A stretch of DNA of 64,000 bases, from NCBI GenBank assembly GCA_963796275.1, contig CAWCKY010000007.1:288001-352000 (forward strand), given 5' to 3'. The translations under genes and the position numbers were made by a program. Under the pieces are notes generated by a model, which ran no database searches, was not told the DNA's origin, and saw nothing but the letters and a program-made list of their open reading frames with translations. How positions within the stretch are numbered: the stretch's first letter is position 1; every line of letters begins with the position of its first letter. This stretch comes from an uncultured Acidobacteriota bacterium. GTDB taxonomy: Bacteria > Acidobacteriota > Blastocatellia > RBC074. Shown here piece after piece: positions 1 through 11,871 of this stretch.

Positions 1-630
1 CGCATCGTCGAGTTTCTTCATCAACGCCGGGTCCTTCATCGTAGACAAATTGATCGGAGTTGCCACGGCGCCGGGGCCGACGCCCACGACGAGGATCTTG
101 TGCGGTGCGAGCTCGACGCCCGCCGTGCGCGTGAGCATGCGCATGCCGCCCTTCGACAGACAATAGGCGATGTTGCCCGGCATCGGCCAATCCTCGTGAA
201 CGGATGTGACGTTGATTATGCGGCCGCCCGCACCCTGCTTGATCATCTGCTGCGCGGCAAGCTGAGTGCCGAAGAACGCGCTCTTCAGATTGATAGCGAG
301 CACCTTTTCATATTGCTCCTCGGTAGTGTCGAGCACAGAAGTTCGCGTCTCCACGCCGGCGTTGTTGACCATAATGTTGACGCGGCCGAACTTTCGGACG
401 GCCGTGTCGATGAGGGTTTTCAGGTCGGCGAGCTTGCTGACATCGGCATCCACGCCGATGGCCTGATCGCCCAGCGCCGCAACTTGTTGCTCCAGGGTTT
501 CGGTCGCTTCGGGATGCGATACATAATCAATGACGATTGCGGCCCCTTGTTTAGCCAGATCCAACACGATTGCCATTCCGATACCGCTGTTGCCGCCGGT
601 GACGATGGCGACTTTGCCTTTCAGACTCAT
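1..630 (-). CDS. Short-chain dehydrogenase/reductase (glucose 1-dehydrogenase/FabG-like), 3' end runs off the window
   Basis: Manual translation from ATG at 630 gives MSLKGKVAIVTGGNSGIG (Rossmann TGxxxGIG), later NNAG and YxxxK (YCLSK). A GAGGAGG RBS lies upstream. Not in the ORF track because it is truncated. Confidence 0.9.
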   Translation of the reverse strand, partial: MSLKGKVAIVTGGNSGIGMAIVLDLAKQGAAIVIDYVSHPEATETLEQQVAALGDQAIGVDADVSKLADLKTLIDTAVRKFGRVNIMVNNAGVETRTSVLDTTEEQYEKVLAINLKSAFFGTQLAAQQMIKQGAGGRIINVTSVHEDWPMPGNIAYCLSKGGMRMLTRTAGVELAPHKILVVGVGPGAVATPINLSTMKDPALMKKLDDA

Positions 631-675
631 AATTTCCTCCTCCTCTAAATCGAAGCACACAACCCTGGGACAGCT

Positions 676-1923
676 TCAACCACGTGAAGCACGGGGAAAA
701 ACAGAATCCGTCAACCTCCCCGCGTTCCTCGTCGTTTTATTTCCCGGATCGTGAAGCGTGATGGCGAAGGACAACGCCGTCAGTAACAGCGCAACCACCG
801 CCGCAAATGCATACAGCGCCTTAAGGCTCAACCCTGCGTAATCCTCCAGCGGACCGACGCCAAAAGCCGCGATACCATATCCCATCTGATAAAACGCGAT
901 CACGCCGCCCGGCACCGAGGCCACGATCGTCTTCATCTCCTCCTGTCCGAAGCTGATCGTCAATGGCAGAAGCGCCGAGCACCCTAGACCGGTTAGCCCA
1001 AAAGCCAGGATGCCGAGGAACGGGCTGCCCGCTGGCAGATACGCGATGACCGCGAAGGCTAGCGCAATCACGACCGGCAAGAGGCGATAGGTATAGTTGG
1101 CCGGGAAACGGTTTGCGATCGCGGCAAATAAGAGCCGCCCGAGGGTCACCATGCCCCAGAAAGCCATGAGCGCGAACGAGGCGGCCGTCACGCTTGCCCC
1201 CAGACTATTGGTCATGTAAAGAGTGGCCCAGTTGCCGTTCATCGTCTCCACGATTCCGTAGAACAGCGCAAAAGCCGCGAATATCCAGAAACGCGACGGC
1301 AGAGCTGTCCCGCCTCCCCGGTCATGCGTCGTGTTCTCTATAGCTCCTACCTGAAGAGGCAAGTGCAGGCTCAGCAGTAGCAGACACAAGAGCAACGCAG
1401 CCGCAAGAATCGGCAAACCCGACCAGAAGCCCAGGCCGATGAAGATGGCGACAAAAACTGGCGCCAACGCGGTCCCCAGCCCCAGCAACGCATTGAGCAT
1501 GAGAACGGCCGACTCGGGCTTCTGCGGGAAGAAGGCCGCCGTGAAGGTGTTCAAAACGGGAGCGGTCAGGCCGAAGCCGATGCCCAGGCTCGCCGTCGCC
1601 AGAAGCAGCATGCTGTAGGCCACCAGGCGGTTCGACATGACAAACTGGCTCAAGCAGAGCAAAGCCATGGAGACCAGGTTGGCAGTGAGACCGAACAGGT
1701 AGATGCGCTTGATGCTCAGGCGGCGGATCAACCGAGAGCCCAGCAGAGATGCCACAATCGCCAAAATGGCTTGCGGAAAGAACAGGCCGCCATAAGCTGT
1801 ACTGGACAGGCCGTAATGCTGGGAGCTGGTGAATATCGTGCCGGCGGCCGGAAAAGTGACGAGCGCCAATCCCTGGACAATGCCCGCCGTATAGATGGAA
1901 GCGACCTCGCTTTGTTGAGCCAT
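676..1923 (-). CDS. MFS transporter (FucP/sugar permease-like)
   Basis: ORF 676..1935 is hydrophobic with about 12 TM segments. ATG at 1923 (MAQQSE) is the likely start. Co-oriented with the GMC and SDR genes. Confidence 0.85.
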   Translation of the reverse strand: MAQQSEVASIYTAGIVQGLALVTFPAAGTIFTSSQHYGLSSTAYGGLFFPQAILAIVASLLGSRLIRRLSIKRIYLFGLTANLVSMALLCLSQFVMSNRLVAYSMLLLATASLGIGFGLTAPVLNTFTAAFFPQKPESAVLMLNALLGLGTALAPVFVAIFIGLGFWSGLPILAAALLLCLLLLSLHLPLQVGAIENTTHDRGGGTALPSRFWIFAAFALFYGIVETMNGNWATLYMTNSLGASVTAASFALMAFWGMVTLGRLLFAAIANRFPANYTYRLLPVVIALAFAVIAYLPAGSPFLGILAFGLTGLGCSALLPLTISFGQEEMKTIVASVPGGVIAFYQMGYGIAAFGVGPLEDYAGLSLKALYAFAAVVALLLTALSFAITLHDPGNKTTRNAGRLTDSVFPRASRG

Positions 1924-1937
1924 TCTCTTTTTCAATG

Positions 1938-3492
1938 CTACTTCAGTCTTGCGAGGAGATGGTCGCCCACCCGAATGGCGTTCGCCATCGCAGTCAAAGC
2001 AGGGTTCACCGCGCCAATGCTCGGGAAGAAACTGGTGTCGACCACATACAGGTTATCCAACTCATGCGCCTTGCAATCGATGTCGAGCACCGAAGCTTTG
2101 GGGTCATTACCGAAGCGGACCGTCCCTGCCTGGTGCGCCACACCGCCCACATCAATTTCATTTTTCATATAGAGATTGCGCGGGATTAAATGATTCGGGT
2201 GCATGCCCAAGTGATTGAGCATGGATTTCAATTTTTCGTAGAGCTTCTGCCTGGGCACCTGATTGTTGGGCATGTAGCTCAACTTGATGCTGCCGTCTTT
2301 CTCCAGGGTGACGCGATTTTCCGGCATCGGCAGATCTTCCGTCGATAGCCAGAAATCGACGGCGTGCCTTGCCACTTCGTCGAGCGTGAAAATGCGGAGC
2401 CAGCCCGGCTTCGATCGGCTTCTCGCCCCTATACATCGGCCCTTGGGACTTACCGACCATCTGGATATTACCCATCGGATAATCGAAGCCGGACATGCCG
2501 AAGTAGAAGTCATTCAGCCCCAAAGTTTTTTGGTAAACGGTTGGATTCGGCTCCTTGGAGATGGCCAGTACCGCCATGCTGTTGTGGAACATGTAGTTGC
2601 GGCCGACTTGATCGGACCCGTTGGCGAGTCCGTTAGGATGCTTATCGTTGGCCGATAGCAGCAACAGCTTAGCCGAATTGGCGGCGCCCGCCGAAACGAC
2701 GACGATGCCACCCTGGTAGGTCTCCTTTTCGCCGTCGCGTTCGACCATAACTTCAATCACCGCTCTGCCAGTAGGATTGGTGTTGAGCTTGACCACTCGG
2801 GCCCTGGTGAGCAGCGTGATATTCGGATACTGGAGTGCCGGACGCACAGCCATCACCTCGGCGTCCGATTTGGCATGGACCAGGCAAGGGAACCCGTCAC
2901 AGTCCTCGCAGCGAATGCAGGCGCTGAAGGGGGGATTCCGCTCATCGAGCCGAATGCCACACGGCGCGTGGAACGGATGATAGCCGGCTCGCGCCAGGTC
3001 ATCATGCAACTGCTGAATGCGCGATTCATGCGAGACAGCCGGAAATGGATAAGGCGCACTGAATGGCGGCTCGGTCGGGTCTTCGCCGCGTGCGCCATGA
3101 ACCTGGTACAGCTGCTCGGCCCTGGTGTAGTAAGGCTCCATCTCTTCGTAGCGGATGGGCCAGGCCGGAGAGATGCCATCGTAATGCCTGCGTTCGCCGA
3201 AGTCTTCCTTACGAAGGCGGTAGAGCGCCGCACCATACATCTTGGTTGCGCCGCCAACGAAGTAATGGATGCCAGGTTGGAAAGGTTTCCCATTCTTGTC
3301 GTACCAGGTCTCCTTGGGGACATACCGATTCTTGATGAACACCTCTTCCACATCCCAGTTCTGCTGCTCACGCCTCAACCAGTCGCCTCGTTCGAGTATG
3401 AGGATGCTCTTGCCCGACGGCGCCAGATGATGCGCCAACGTCCCGCCGCCCGCGCCGCTTCCGATTATGATGACGTCGTATTTTGTGGTCAT
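1938..3492 (-). CDS. GMC-family flavin oxidoreductase, split by a single-base frameshift near 2395
   Basis: ORF 2158..3492 has GSGAGGG FAD motif and CIRCEDCDGFPC. ORF 1938..2513 has the GMC C-terminus (AHQAGT...NPALT). Removing one base at GLAP/IFTLDEV (about 2395) joins the two frames. Confidence 0.85.
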
Positions 3493-3508
3493 GTGTCTCC
3501 TCAGAAAT

Positions 3509-3578
3509 AGTTTTCAGTTTTCAGTTTTTAGTTTAGTTGTCGATCGAGACCGCCCAACTGAAAACTAAAAACTAAAAT
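3509..3578. repeat. Palindromic heptamer-type repeat (TTTTCAG/TTTTTAG arms, GATCGAGAC core)
   Basis: Left arm ttttcagttttcagtttttagtt pairs with right arm aactgaaaactaaaaactaaaa. The same arms and gatcgagac core recur at 58474-58528. Confidence 0.75.
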
Positions 3579-3586
3579 CTTCACCA

Positions 3587-6262
3587 TCAGGCGCGTTCCT
3601 TTTCTCGATCGCCCACATCCATCAACAGCGAGGCGATTAGCGACGTCCATCCCGTCTGGTGACTGGCGCCTGCGCCTGCGCCATTATCCCCATTGAAGTA
3701 TTCGTGGAATGGAATGTAGTCGCGCCAGTTAGGATCTGTCTGGAAATAGTCGTTATCGCCCCACACCGCCCGCCATCCGCCACGCGCCGGGTCGCGCAGG
3801 AAAATATTGGCCAGTCGACCTGCCAGGTTCTGAGCGATTTCGCCCAACGTGAGCATTTGTCCGGAACCGGTTGGATATTCCACCTTGAAGGTATCGCGAT
3901 AGTAACTATCGAATTCTTGCAACGCGCGCACCAGGAGGTAGTTGACGGGGAACCAGATCGGCCCGCGCCAGTTCGAGTTGCCTCCGAACAAACGGCTATC
4001 CGATTCTTGCGGCAAATACCTGACCACGAACTGCCGCCCGCCTGCCTCGAAGACATAAGGGTGGTCACGGTAGTAGGCAGAGAGGGATCGTACGCCGTAG
4101 TCCGAGAGAAATTCATTGGGGTCGAAGACCCGCCGGAGCACGGCTTTGAGTCTTTTGTCATTCAGTATCGCAACCAGGCGCGAATCGTTATTGCCGGGAA
4201 CCTGTACCGACGCAATCAGCTTGAACAGGTTAGGCCTTTCCGACTCCAGCCATTTCATTCGATCCATCAACATGCGCTGGTGCGAAAATTTGGCGGGGTG
4301 AAAAGCCAATACGGCGAACAGCGGCGTCAGGCCAACCATAGTGCGGGTTTTCAGCGGGATGTTTTGGCCGGAGGAGAGATGAATAACATCGTAGAAAAAC
4401 TGATCTTGTTGATCCCACAGGTCGATGCCCTGGCCGCCCATGTTTGTCATGGCGTGTGCCATGTCCAGGAAGTGTTCGAAATATTTGACCGCCATCGGCT
4501 CGTAGATCGAGTCGTGCTGGGCCAACTCGGTTGCGATCGCGAACATACTCAAGCTGAGCTTCGACATCCAACTCGTACCGTCGCTCTGCTCCAGCTTACC
4601 CCCATTGGGCAGCGGTTGGTCCCGGTCAAACACTCCGATGTTATCCATCCCCAGAAAGCCGCCGCCGAAGATGTCGCGCCCATCCCTATCCTTGCGGTTG
4701 ATCCACCAGCTGTAGTTCAACATCAGACTGTGGAACATTTCCGCCAGAAATTCATAATCGGCCTGCCCTTTCTGTTCCAGGTCGTGCCGATAGACAACGA
4801 GGGTAGACCAGGCCAGGACCGGGGGATTCGCATCATTGAAATTCCATTCGTAGGCTGGGTACTGACCGTTGCCGTGTTGATACCACTCATAACCCATGTG
4901 CAGAAGCTGCCGCTTCGCGAAATCGGGATCGATGCGCGATAAGGTCACACAATGAAAAGCCAGGTCCCAAATGGCGTACCAGGGATATTCCCAGGTGTCG
5001 GGCATCAAGATCACGTCATCGTTGCTCAGGTGCTTCCAGGTGTGATTGCGCCCGTTCCAGCGAGATTCGGGCGGCTTCGGCCCGGACGGATCGCCCGACA
5101 ACCAGTGTACGACGTCGTAGTTATAGATCTGCTTGGACCACAACAAACCGGCAAAGGCCTGCCTTTGCACGAGCCGCTCATCAGCGGTTAGTTGAGCAGG
5201 ATGCACGGCATGATAGAACTCATCAGCTTCCGCGATGCGCTTGTTGAAGATGTCATCGAAATCCGCAAACGGATCCGGATTCTCCGGCGGCTCAGCGGTA
5301 AAGCGCGTCTCTACGGTAAATGTGCCACCGGGCGCAACGACCGCCTTTCCGTGCGCCGCCAGCTTGCTGCCTTGATGCGAGTTAACGCTATCAGGTGAGC
5401 CATTCACGACTGCGTCATTGATCCCGTCCTTAACGTATGGCGACGGATTCGGAATATGGTAAAGCCGCTCGACATTGGTCTCGTTTTCGGTGAACAGGAG
5501 ATCGATCGGTCGATGGTCTGAGGCGCGCACATACCACCAGCGCTTACCGAGGACTGCATGTTCAAGGTACGCGGCGCCCGGGCCGGCCGCTTTGATGGTT
5601 GGGCGCGCTACCCCCGATTCCCACGTCCAGACGTTCCGATACCACAGATGCGGCAGGATATGGATCGGTGCGGGATCAGTGCCGCGATTGATCGCCGTCA
5701 TACGCCAGAGTATGTCTTCAGGGTCCGCCTTCGCGTATTCGATGAACACATCGAAATAGCGATTGGCGAGAAAGATGTGAGGGAGCGCGTCGAATAATTC
5801 GTACTCGGGTTCGGCCTGCGTGCGCTTCCCATTGACCTCGACGAGCTCGCCGTACGGATAAGCGGTCTGCGGATACTTATAGAGCATCTTCATGTAGGAA
5901 TGCGTCGGTGTACCGTCGAGAAAAAAGTAGTATTCCTTGACGTCCTCGCCGTGATTCCCTTGTTGATTGGTCAGGCCGAACATCCGCTCTTTGAGGAACG
6001 GATCCTTTTCATTCCACAATGCAACGGCCAGGCAAATATACTGCTTGTCATCACAAAACCCTGCTATGCCGTCTTCGTTCCAGCGATATGCGCGGCTGCG
6101 GGCGTGATCGTGTGGAAAATAGTTCCAGGCGTCCCCATCTGCGCTGTAGTCTTCGCGTACCGTTCCCCAGGAGCGTTCGCTGAGGTAGGGACCCCAGCGC
6201 CTCCAATTGGACTGGCCCGCCTGGTTTTCTTCCAAACGGCTTTGCTCAGGGTTGGTGGCCAT
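3587..6262 (-). CDS. GH63 / MGH1-like glycoside hydrolase (glucosidase)
   Basis: About 890 aa with WGPYLSERSWGTVREDYS, WEYPWYAIWDLAFH, GGNSNWRGPIWFP and GASHQTGWT, all typical of this family. Confidence 0.9.
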   Translation of the reverse strand: MATNPEQSRLEENQAGQSNWRRWGPYLSERSWGTVREDYSADGDAWNYFPHDHARSRAYRWNEDGIAGFCDDKQYICLAVALWNEKDPFLKERMFGLTNQQGNHGEDVKEYYFFLDGTPTHSYMKMLYKYPQTAYPYGELVEVNGKRTQAEPEYELFDALPHIFLANRYFDVFIEYAKADPEDILWRMTAINRGTDPAPIHILPHLWYRNVWTWESGVARPTIKAAGPGAAYLEHAVLGKRWWYVRASDHRPIDLLFTENETNVERLYHIPNPSPYVKDGINDAVVNGSPDSVNSHQGSKLAAHGKAVVAPGGTFTVETRFTAEPPENPDPFADFDDIFNKRIAEADEFYHAVHPAQLTADERLVQRQAFAGLLWSKQIYNYDVVHWLSGDPSGPKPPESRWNGRNHTWKHLSNDDVILMPDTWEYPWYAIWDLAFHCVTLSRIDPDFAKRQLLHMGYEWYQHGNGQYPAYEWNFNDANPPVLAWSTLVVYRHDLEQKGQADYEFLAEMFHSLMLNYSWWINRKDRDGRDIFGGGFLGMDNIGVFDRDQPLPNGGKLEQSDGTSWMSKLSLSMFAIATELAQHDSIYEPMAVKYFEHFLDMAHAMTNMGGQGIDLWDQQDQFFYDVIHLSSGQNIPLKTRTMVGLTPLFAVLAFHPAKFSHQRMLMDRMKWLESERPNLFKLIASVQVPGNNDSRLVAILNDKRLKAVLRRVFDPNEFLSDYGVRSLSAYYRDHPYVFEAGGRQFVVRYLPQESDSRLFGGNSNWRGPIWFPVNYLLVRALQEFDSYYRDTFKVEYPTGSGQMLTLGEIAQNLAGRLANIFLRDPARGGWRAVWGDNDYFQTDPNWRDYIPFHEYFNGDNGAGAGASHQTGWTSLIASLLMDVGDREKERA

Positions 6263-6355
6263 CTTGTTCACCCCTTGTATGGAGACCGAGAACCTGGCGA
6301 GCAGCCCGTAACTAAGCTAACTAAGTTTGAAGTTCGCTCGCCCTGCACCCTGACG

Positions 6356-6371
6356 TGCAAATTTCACGCCA
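6356..6371 (-). promoter_or_regulatory. Sigma54-type (-24/-12) promoter for the GH63 operon
   Basis: Minus strand reads TGGCGTGAAATTTGCA, i.e. GG-N10-GC with TTGCA, about 95 nt upstream of the GH63 start. Confidence 0.6.
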
Positions 6372-6624
6372 AAGATAGCCATCGCGGTTAAGTTCTATAA
6401 GATACTGAAAGATTTGATCCTTGGTTATGAGCGAGGATGAATCGAAATAAAAATGATGAAAGAGAGTCGCCAAAGGTAGCGACCGCAACCTTTACATTTC
6501 ACGGAAACCTTGAAACGCCTATATGAATCGCGAGATTAAACTGGCAGATGAATGCGGCAGACGGCGCTAAATGATCGAAGTTGAGCGAGCGAAATTTCTG
6601 TGCTTGGAGTATGTTTTGATTGAT

Positions 6625-6699
<75 letters not shown>

Positions 6700-6946
6700 T
6701 GAGTAACTCGATTGGATGATGACGAGCTTTTGGATAGTAGGCTCATATCAAAAGAGGCTCGCTGAGGAGCCTCGGGCGAAAATTATGCTCCCATAGTTCA
6801 CCTTTTCCGTCAAGACCTTGTCCGCTTAAAGTATGGGTTTTACGATACGAGAGCGCTGATTTTCAAATGATGATTTTCTCTTTACGCCCACGAAATACTG
6901 CCATACACTTCATCAACAATTCATTGAGGGGGACAATATCAAAATT

Positions 6947-7807
6947 ATGAAGACCAGAGTCCTATTCGTGATATGCGCGGCCCTATTGTTGACGCTATCG
7001 ATCATCCAACCCCTCGGGACGGCAGCCGGGTCTTCGCACGTTGTTTTCGTCACCGGCGATCATGAATACAGTTCGGAAGATACAATGCCGTTGATCGCCG
7101 CCGAGCTTGTGCAGCGTTATGGGATGCGGGCTACTGTCCTCAAAGCACATCCCAATGAAAATGCCGAAGAGAATATCCCCGGACTCGAAGCGTTGAAGGA
7201 TGCCGATCTCGCGGTCCTCTTTCTTCGGTGGCGCCGGTTGCCGGCTGGACAGGTCGCACACCTTCGCAGCTATCTCGATGCGGGGAAGCCGATCGTCGCG
7301 TTCCGCACGACGACCCATGCGTTCAATTATCCGAAAGGGCACGAGCTGGAAAAGTGGAATGCCTTCGCGGCCGACTACCTGGGGGCCCCTCCGGGTTGGG
7401 GCAACGGGCATACCCATTATGGCCATAAATCGAGCACTGATGTCTCAATCATTCCTGCCTCAGCGAATGATCCCATTCTGATCGGTGTAGAAAATAGCTT
7501 TCATGTTCGATCGTGGCTCTATCACGTCCTTCCGAATTATCCGCCGGCGGATGCTAATCGGCTTCTCGTAGGTCGCGCAGTCGATCCCGAAAAAAAAGGT
7601 GCGGTCGATAATCCGGTCGCCTGGACTTGGAAGAACAAAGCGGGCGGGCGGGTATTCATGACGACTTTGGGCCATCCGGAAGATTTTCAGGTAGAGTCGG
7701 TTCAACGATTGGTTTTCAACGGCATTCAATGGGCGTTGGGAGATCCCGTCAGGAAAGAATGGGCGGGAAAGCTAGATATAGACGTGAAGTACCACGGCAT
7801 CAGGTAA
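6947..7807 (+). CDS. Secreted ThuA-like (class I glutamine amidotransferase-like fold) protein
   Basis: Signal peptide, GDHEY motif, RTTTHAF, and C-terminal GGRVFMTTLGHPEDF...NGIQWALG. Confidence 0.8.
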   Translation: MKTRVLFVICAALLLTLSIIQPLGTAAGSSHVVFVTGDHEYSSEDTMPLIAAELVQRYGMRATVLKAHPNENAEENIPGLEALKDADLAVLFLRWRRLPAGQVAHLRSYLDAGKPIVAFRTTTHAFNYPKGHELEKWNAFAADYLGAPPGWGNGHTHYGHKSSTDVSIIPASANDPILIGVENSFHVRSWLYHVLPNYPPADANRLLVGRAVDPEKKGAVDNPVAWTWKNKAGGRVFMTTLGHPEDFQVESVQRLVFNGIQWALGDPVRKEWAGKLDIDVKYHGIR

Positions 7808-7841
7808 GCATTTTCCATTTTCCATATATCATAGAGGATAA

Positions 7842-9113
7842 ATGCGTAAACACGCTCTCTTATTCTTTCTCGCATCATTTCTGTTGACTCATTCCGTACC
7901 GGCGAGTCAATCGCCGCAAATCAAAAACGAGAAGCGGGTTCCACGCCGGACAGGCAAGAGAGACGGGATCGATCTCACACGTATCGAGCGTATTCCCGCG
8001 CGCATGCAATCATTCGTAAATAGCGGGCGCGCAGCCGGAATCGTCACGCTCGTCGCTCATAAAGGTTCGATCGTCAGTCTCTCCGCCGTGGGATTCCGGG
8101 ATCTGGAGACCAGGACTCCTATCAAGACCGACACGATCTTTCAAATCGCTTCGATGACCAAGCCGATCACGGCCGTGGGGATAATGATCCTGGCTGAAGA
8201 CGGGCTGCTTGCGATCACAGATCCGGTCGAGAAATATCTCCCGACATTCGCCCAGATCAAATTGCATGCGAGGGCCGCCGAGACCGGGCAGGGAAGCGAG
8301 TTGACTGAGATACGTAAGCCCGCACGTCCCATCACGATTCTCGATCTGCTCACTCACACATCGGGAATGGGCGGCGGCTACCCCGATCAGTTGGGCGATC
8401 TCTTCAACAAACGCAATCGTGTCCTGGAGGAAGCTGTTGATGTGTTCCCGCAGAAGCTGCTCGAGTTCGAGCCCGGATCGAAGTGGGGTTACAGCAATAT
8501 GGGCATTGCGACGCTGGGGCGCATAATCGAGGTCGTGTCGCTCAAACCATATGAAAAGTTCATGGCTGAAAGAGTCTTCCTGCCCCTGGGAATGAAAGAC
8601 AGCTATTTCTTCGTCCCTGAAAACAAGCACAACCGCATCGCTGCTATCTATAGACTGGAAAAAGACCGTTTGGTGAAGGCGGAGATCGATATTTATCGAA
8701 AGGGTGCAACCTATTCATCGCCCGAGGCCGGCTTGTATTCGACTGCGCCCGACCTGTTCAATTTCTATCAAATGATGCTTAACGGCGGCGTAATGAATAA
8801 CCAGCGCATTCTGTCGAAGGCATCCGTCGATTTGATGACGACCGTGCATACTAATAGTCTTAAGACGGGCTTCTCGCCGGGCATCGGATTTGGTCTCGGA
8901 TGGGCCGTGGTGAAAGATGTTGATGGGATGTTTCGATTGAACTCGATCGGGACTTATGGCCATGGCGGGTTGTACCGCACGTACGGATTCATCGATCCGC
9001 AGAAGGAATTGATCGGAATAATTTTGATGCAGCGCCTGAGCGGGGACGGCGATATGGCCGACGAGATAAGCGCATTCATCACGATGGCTTCGGCAGCAGT
9101 GATTGATAATTGA
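7842..9113 (+). CDS. Serine hydrolase, beta-lactamase/AmpC-like family
   Basis: Signal peptide, SxxK (IASMTKP), LLTHTSG, YSN and GHGG motifs. Confidence 0.88.
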   Translation: MRKHALLFFLASFLLTHSVPASQSPQIKNEKRVPRRTGKRDGIDLTRIERIPARMQSFVNSGRAAGIVTLVAHKGSIVSLSAVGFRDLETRTPIKTDTIFQIASMTKPITAVGIMILAEDGLLAITDPVEKYLPTFAQIKLHARAAETGQGSELTEIRKPARPITILDLLTHTSGMGGGYPDQLGDLFNKRNRVLEEAVDVFPQKLLEFEPGSKWGYSNMGIATLGRIIEVVSLKPYEKFMAERVFLPLGMKDSYFFVPENKHNRIAAIYRLEKDRLVKAEIDIYRKGATYSSPEAGLYSTAPDLFNFYQMMLNGGVMNNQRILSKASVDLMTTVHTNSLKTGFSPGIGFGLGWAVVKDVDGMFRLNSIGTYGHGGLYRTYGFIDPQKELIGIILMQRLSGDGDMADEISAFITMASAAVIDN

Positions 9114-9147
9114 TCGTTTGTAAAAATCGTTGCCACCGTCTATCACA

Positions 9148-9192
9148 ACTGACGGCTATCGACTATCAACTATCGACTATCAACTATCAATT
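9148..9192 (+). repeat. Heptamer tandem repeat (ACTATCG/ACTATCA)n
   Basis: ctatcgactatcaactatcgactatcaactatcaa lies in the intergenic gap. It explains the spurious LSTINYQ N-terminal extension of the thiolase ORF. Confidence 0.8.
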
Positions 9193-9253
9193 CTCCATTC
9201 CTACTGCCAACTCTTTTGATATAATTGCCCCCGGGGAGTTAGAAAAATTGACA

Positions 9254-10435
9254 GTGAAACAAGCAGTCATCATCAGTGCCACGCGCACCGCAATCGGGAA
9301 ATTTCAGGGTGCGCTCAAAACTTTCACATCACCGCAACTCGGTTCGATCGTCGTGCGATCGGCCATCGAACGGGCGGGGATTGAAGCATCTCGGGTAGAC
9401 GAAGTGATCATGGGTTGTGTGCTGCAGGCCGGTCTCGGACAGAATCCCGCTCGCCAGGCTGCTCTTCATGCCGGAATCCCGCATACTGTTTCTGCGCTGA
9501 CTATCAACAAAGTGTGCGGTTCGGGATTGAAATCGGTGATGCTTGCGGCGCAATCGATCGCGCTCGGCGATAATGAGGTGATCGTGGCGGGAGGAATGGA
9601 ATCGATGAGCAATGCTCCATACCTCCTGGCGAAAGCGCGCGACGGTTACCGCATGGGAAATGGCGAGATCATCGACGAAATGATCCAAGATGGCCTGTGG
9701 TGCGCTTTCGATCAATGGCATATGGGTGAGACGGGCGAAGTGGTCGCCGAGAAGTACGGCATAACCCGCCTCGCGCAGGATGAGTATGCGGCTAATTCAA
9801 ACCGTCGCGCCGGAGCGGCAATCGGCGCGGGAAAGTTTAAGGACGAAATCACACCAGTGGCGATCCCGCAGCGCAAAGGCGACCCGGTGATCTTCGAGAC
9901 AGATGAAAGTCCGCGCATAGATTCATCGGCTGAATCTTTGGCGAAGCTGAAGCCGGCTTTCCGCTCAAATGGATCGGTGACCGCGGGCAACGCGTCGACG
10001 ATCAGCGACGGTGCGGCCGCCTGTGTCGTGACTTCGATGGAGAAGGCGAGGAGCCTCGGCCGGGCGCCGTTGGCGCGAATTGTGGCCCAGGCGACAACAG
10101 GCGTCGAGCCCAGGCTGGTGATGATGGCTCCGGTCGATGCGGTCAAGCGAGTTGCGGAGAAGGCCGGCTGGAATTTGAAGGATGTCGATCTGTTCGAGCT
10201 GAACGAGGCATTCTCGGCTCAATCCGTCGCATTGATCAGACAACTCGAAATCGATGCGGAAAGGGTCAACGTCAACGGCGGCGCAGTCGCGCTCGGACAT
10301 CCGATCGGGGCTTCCGGCACCCGGGTGCTCGTGACATTGTTGTACGAAATGATCAAACGCGATGCCGCGCGAGGTATCGCGAGTCTCTGTCTCGGTGGAG
10401 GCAATGCCGTTGCGCTTGCCGTCGAGCGAGGGTAG
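9254..10435 (+). CDS. atoB: Acetyl-CoA C-acetyltransferase (thiolase)
   Basis: [19 protein letters not shown] and LCLGGG motifs. True start is GTG 9254 or TTG 9248, not 9110. Confidence 0.92.
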   Translation: MKQAVIISATRTAIGKFQGALKTFTSPQLGSIVVRSAIERAGIEASRVDEVIMGCVLQAGLGQNPARQAALHAGIPHTVSALTINKVCGSGLKSVMLAAQSIALGDNEVIVAGGMESMSNAPYLLAKARDGYRMGNGEIIDEMIQDGLWCAFDQWHMGETGEVVAEKYGITRLAQDEYAANSNRRAGAAIGAGKFKDEITPVAIPQRKGDPVIFETDESPRIDSSAESLAKLKPAFRSNGSVTAGNASTISDGAAACVVTSMEKARSLGRAPLARIVAQATTGVEPRLVMMAPVDAVKRVAEKAGWNLKDVDLFELNEAFSAQSVALIRQLEIDAERVNVNGGAVALGHPIGASGTRVLVTLLYEMIKRDAARGIASLCLGGGNAVALAVERG

Positions 10436-10452
10436 ATTATTTGTGGTTCGCA

Positions 10453-10515
10453 GATTTGCAATCACCGATTGTTGATTGCCGATTTTGATTACCGATTATT
10501 GATTGCAGATTGCGG
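10453..10515 (+). repeat. Heptamer tandem repeat (GATTGCC/GATTGTT-type)
   Basis: ccgattgttgattgccgattttgattaccgattattgattgcagattgcgg has 7-nt periodicity. Confidence 0.75.
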
Positions 10516-10549
10516 GATGCAGAAAGCTGACGGGAGACGAATATATTCT

Positions 10550-11785
10550 ATGATCTTTTGTCAACGTTGTAAGAAAGCCAATCCGAACGACGCTGAGAAT
10601 TGCGAAGAGTGCGGCGCGATACTGATGATCATCTCGCGCCCCTCCAGCAACATCTTTGGTCCCGAGCTTCTTGAGAACACCCTCGAAGAACATCTGCTTG
10701 AGCGCATCAGTGCGCTCGAATCGGCCCTGGCGCGCGCCAACGAACGTTTCGAACAATTGCTGGAGCTGGCGCAGCAGCAGGCGACGGGGAGTTTTTACGA
10801 CCATATGATGCTCGAGGCCTTGACAGAAATCTTGACCGAGATGCGTGCGGTCAACCCCGACGAGCTCGAGCAGCGCTGGCGCAACCGCGTAGCTCGCCAT
10901 TATGAAGAGACGGCAGAACGCGAGCGTCTGGATGAGCGCTGCGAACAGATCATCTCGGCGTATCGGGGGAACAGTCGCGAGGACTTCATCGACCTGGTCG
11001 AAGAAGGGACGCTGCTCATCACCGAAGGGCGCACGCGCCGCGGTTTAAGGACGCTCGAGAACGCCCTCGCCCTCGACGAGCAGAACGCCGAGCTCAGCTT
11101 CACGATCGGCGAATACTACTTCCATCTAGGCAAATCTCTCGATTCGGCCGTGCATCTGCGCCGGGCGCTCGACGAGCAGAGCGATCATTTCGGCGCGCGC
11201 TTGCTCCTCGGCCTGTTGAGCGATAATGAGGGAGAGGTCGAATCGGCCAAGCTTCATCTGCAGCGCGCCCTATCGCTCGATGAAAACTCGTTCTCCGCGC
11301 ATTACAGCCTGGGAAGGCTGCTGGCGCGCGAAGGCAAATTGAGCGAGGCCTTGCAGCATCTCAAACGCGCGCTTCAATTGAACCCTACTCCGGAGACGCA
11401 TTACCTGGTCGGACGCACATACTGGGAGCAGGGAAGGGCGGAACAGGCGCTCAAACATTTGCAAAAAGCCGTTCGTCTCGACCCGCATTTCGATATCGCC
11501 CTCTACAGTCTTGGCTTTATCTACTGGCAATCGAACCGGACAAATGAGGCGCGCGAGCATTTCCGCGCCGCCTATGAAATAAACCCACAGGATTCCGACT
11601 ATCGAACGGCCGTCCAGGCGCGAGTGGGCGATGAGTTGCCGGTGCCGCCGGCTCCGGGCTGGTCGGGCATCTTCCCGCGGCGCAAAGCCAAGGTCAATGA
11701 AACGCGCTTTATCGATCTGCTCTGGCGTGATCTAAACACATTCACAATCTCTCCCGCGCAGATGCGCAAAAATCCACGGAAATAA
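10550..11785 (+). CDS. Zinc-ribbon + coiled-coil + TPR protein
   Basis: N-terminal CQRC...CEEC, a helical coiled-coil segment, then multiple TPRs ([19 protein letters not shown]). Start ATG 10550. Confidence 0.8.
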   Translation: MIFCQRCKKANPNDAENCEECGAILMIISRPSSNIFGPELLENTLEEHLLERISALESALARANERFEQLLELAQQQATGSFYDHMMLEALTEILTEMRAVNPDELEQRWRNRVARHYEETAERERLDERCEQIISAYRGNSREDFIDLVEEGTLLITEGRTRRGLRTLENALALDEQNAELSFTIGEYYFHLGKSLDSAVHLRRALDEQSDHFGARLLLGLLSDNEGEVESAKLHLQRALSLDENSFSAHYSLGRLLAREGKLSEALQHLKRALQLNPTPETHYLVGRTYWEQGRAEQALKHLQKAVRLDPHFDIALYSLGFIYWQSNRTNEAREHFRAAYEINPQDSDYRTAVQARVGDELPVPPAPGWSGIFPRRKAKVNETRFIDLLWRDLNTFTISPAQMRKNPRK

Positions 11786-11871
11786 TCATTAAATGGGAAA
11801 AGGGGAAAGGCATGTCCGGGCACCCTCTCCCATCGAAAATTCGTGTTCTCCCCAAGATATTCGCAGCGGAG

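Noticed and set aside
100-648. 182-aa plus-strand ORF
   Set aside because: Antisense shadow of the SDR gene on the minus strand, which carries the real motifs and an RBS.
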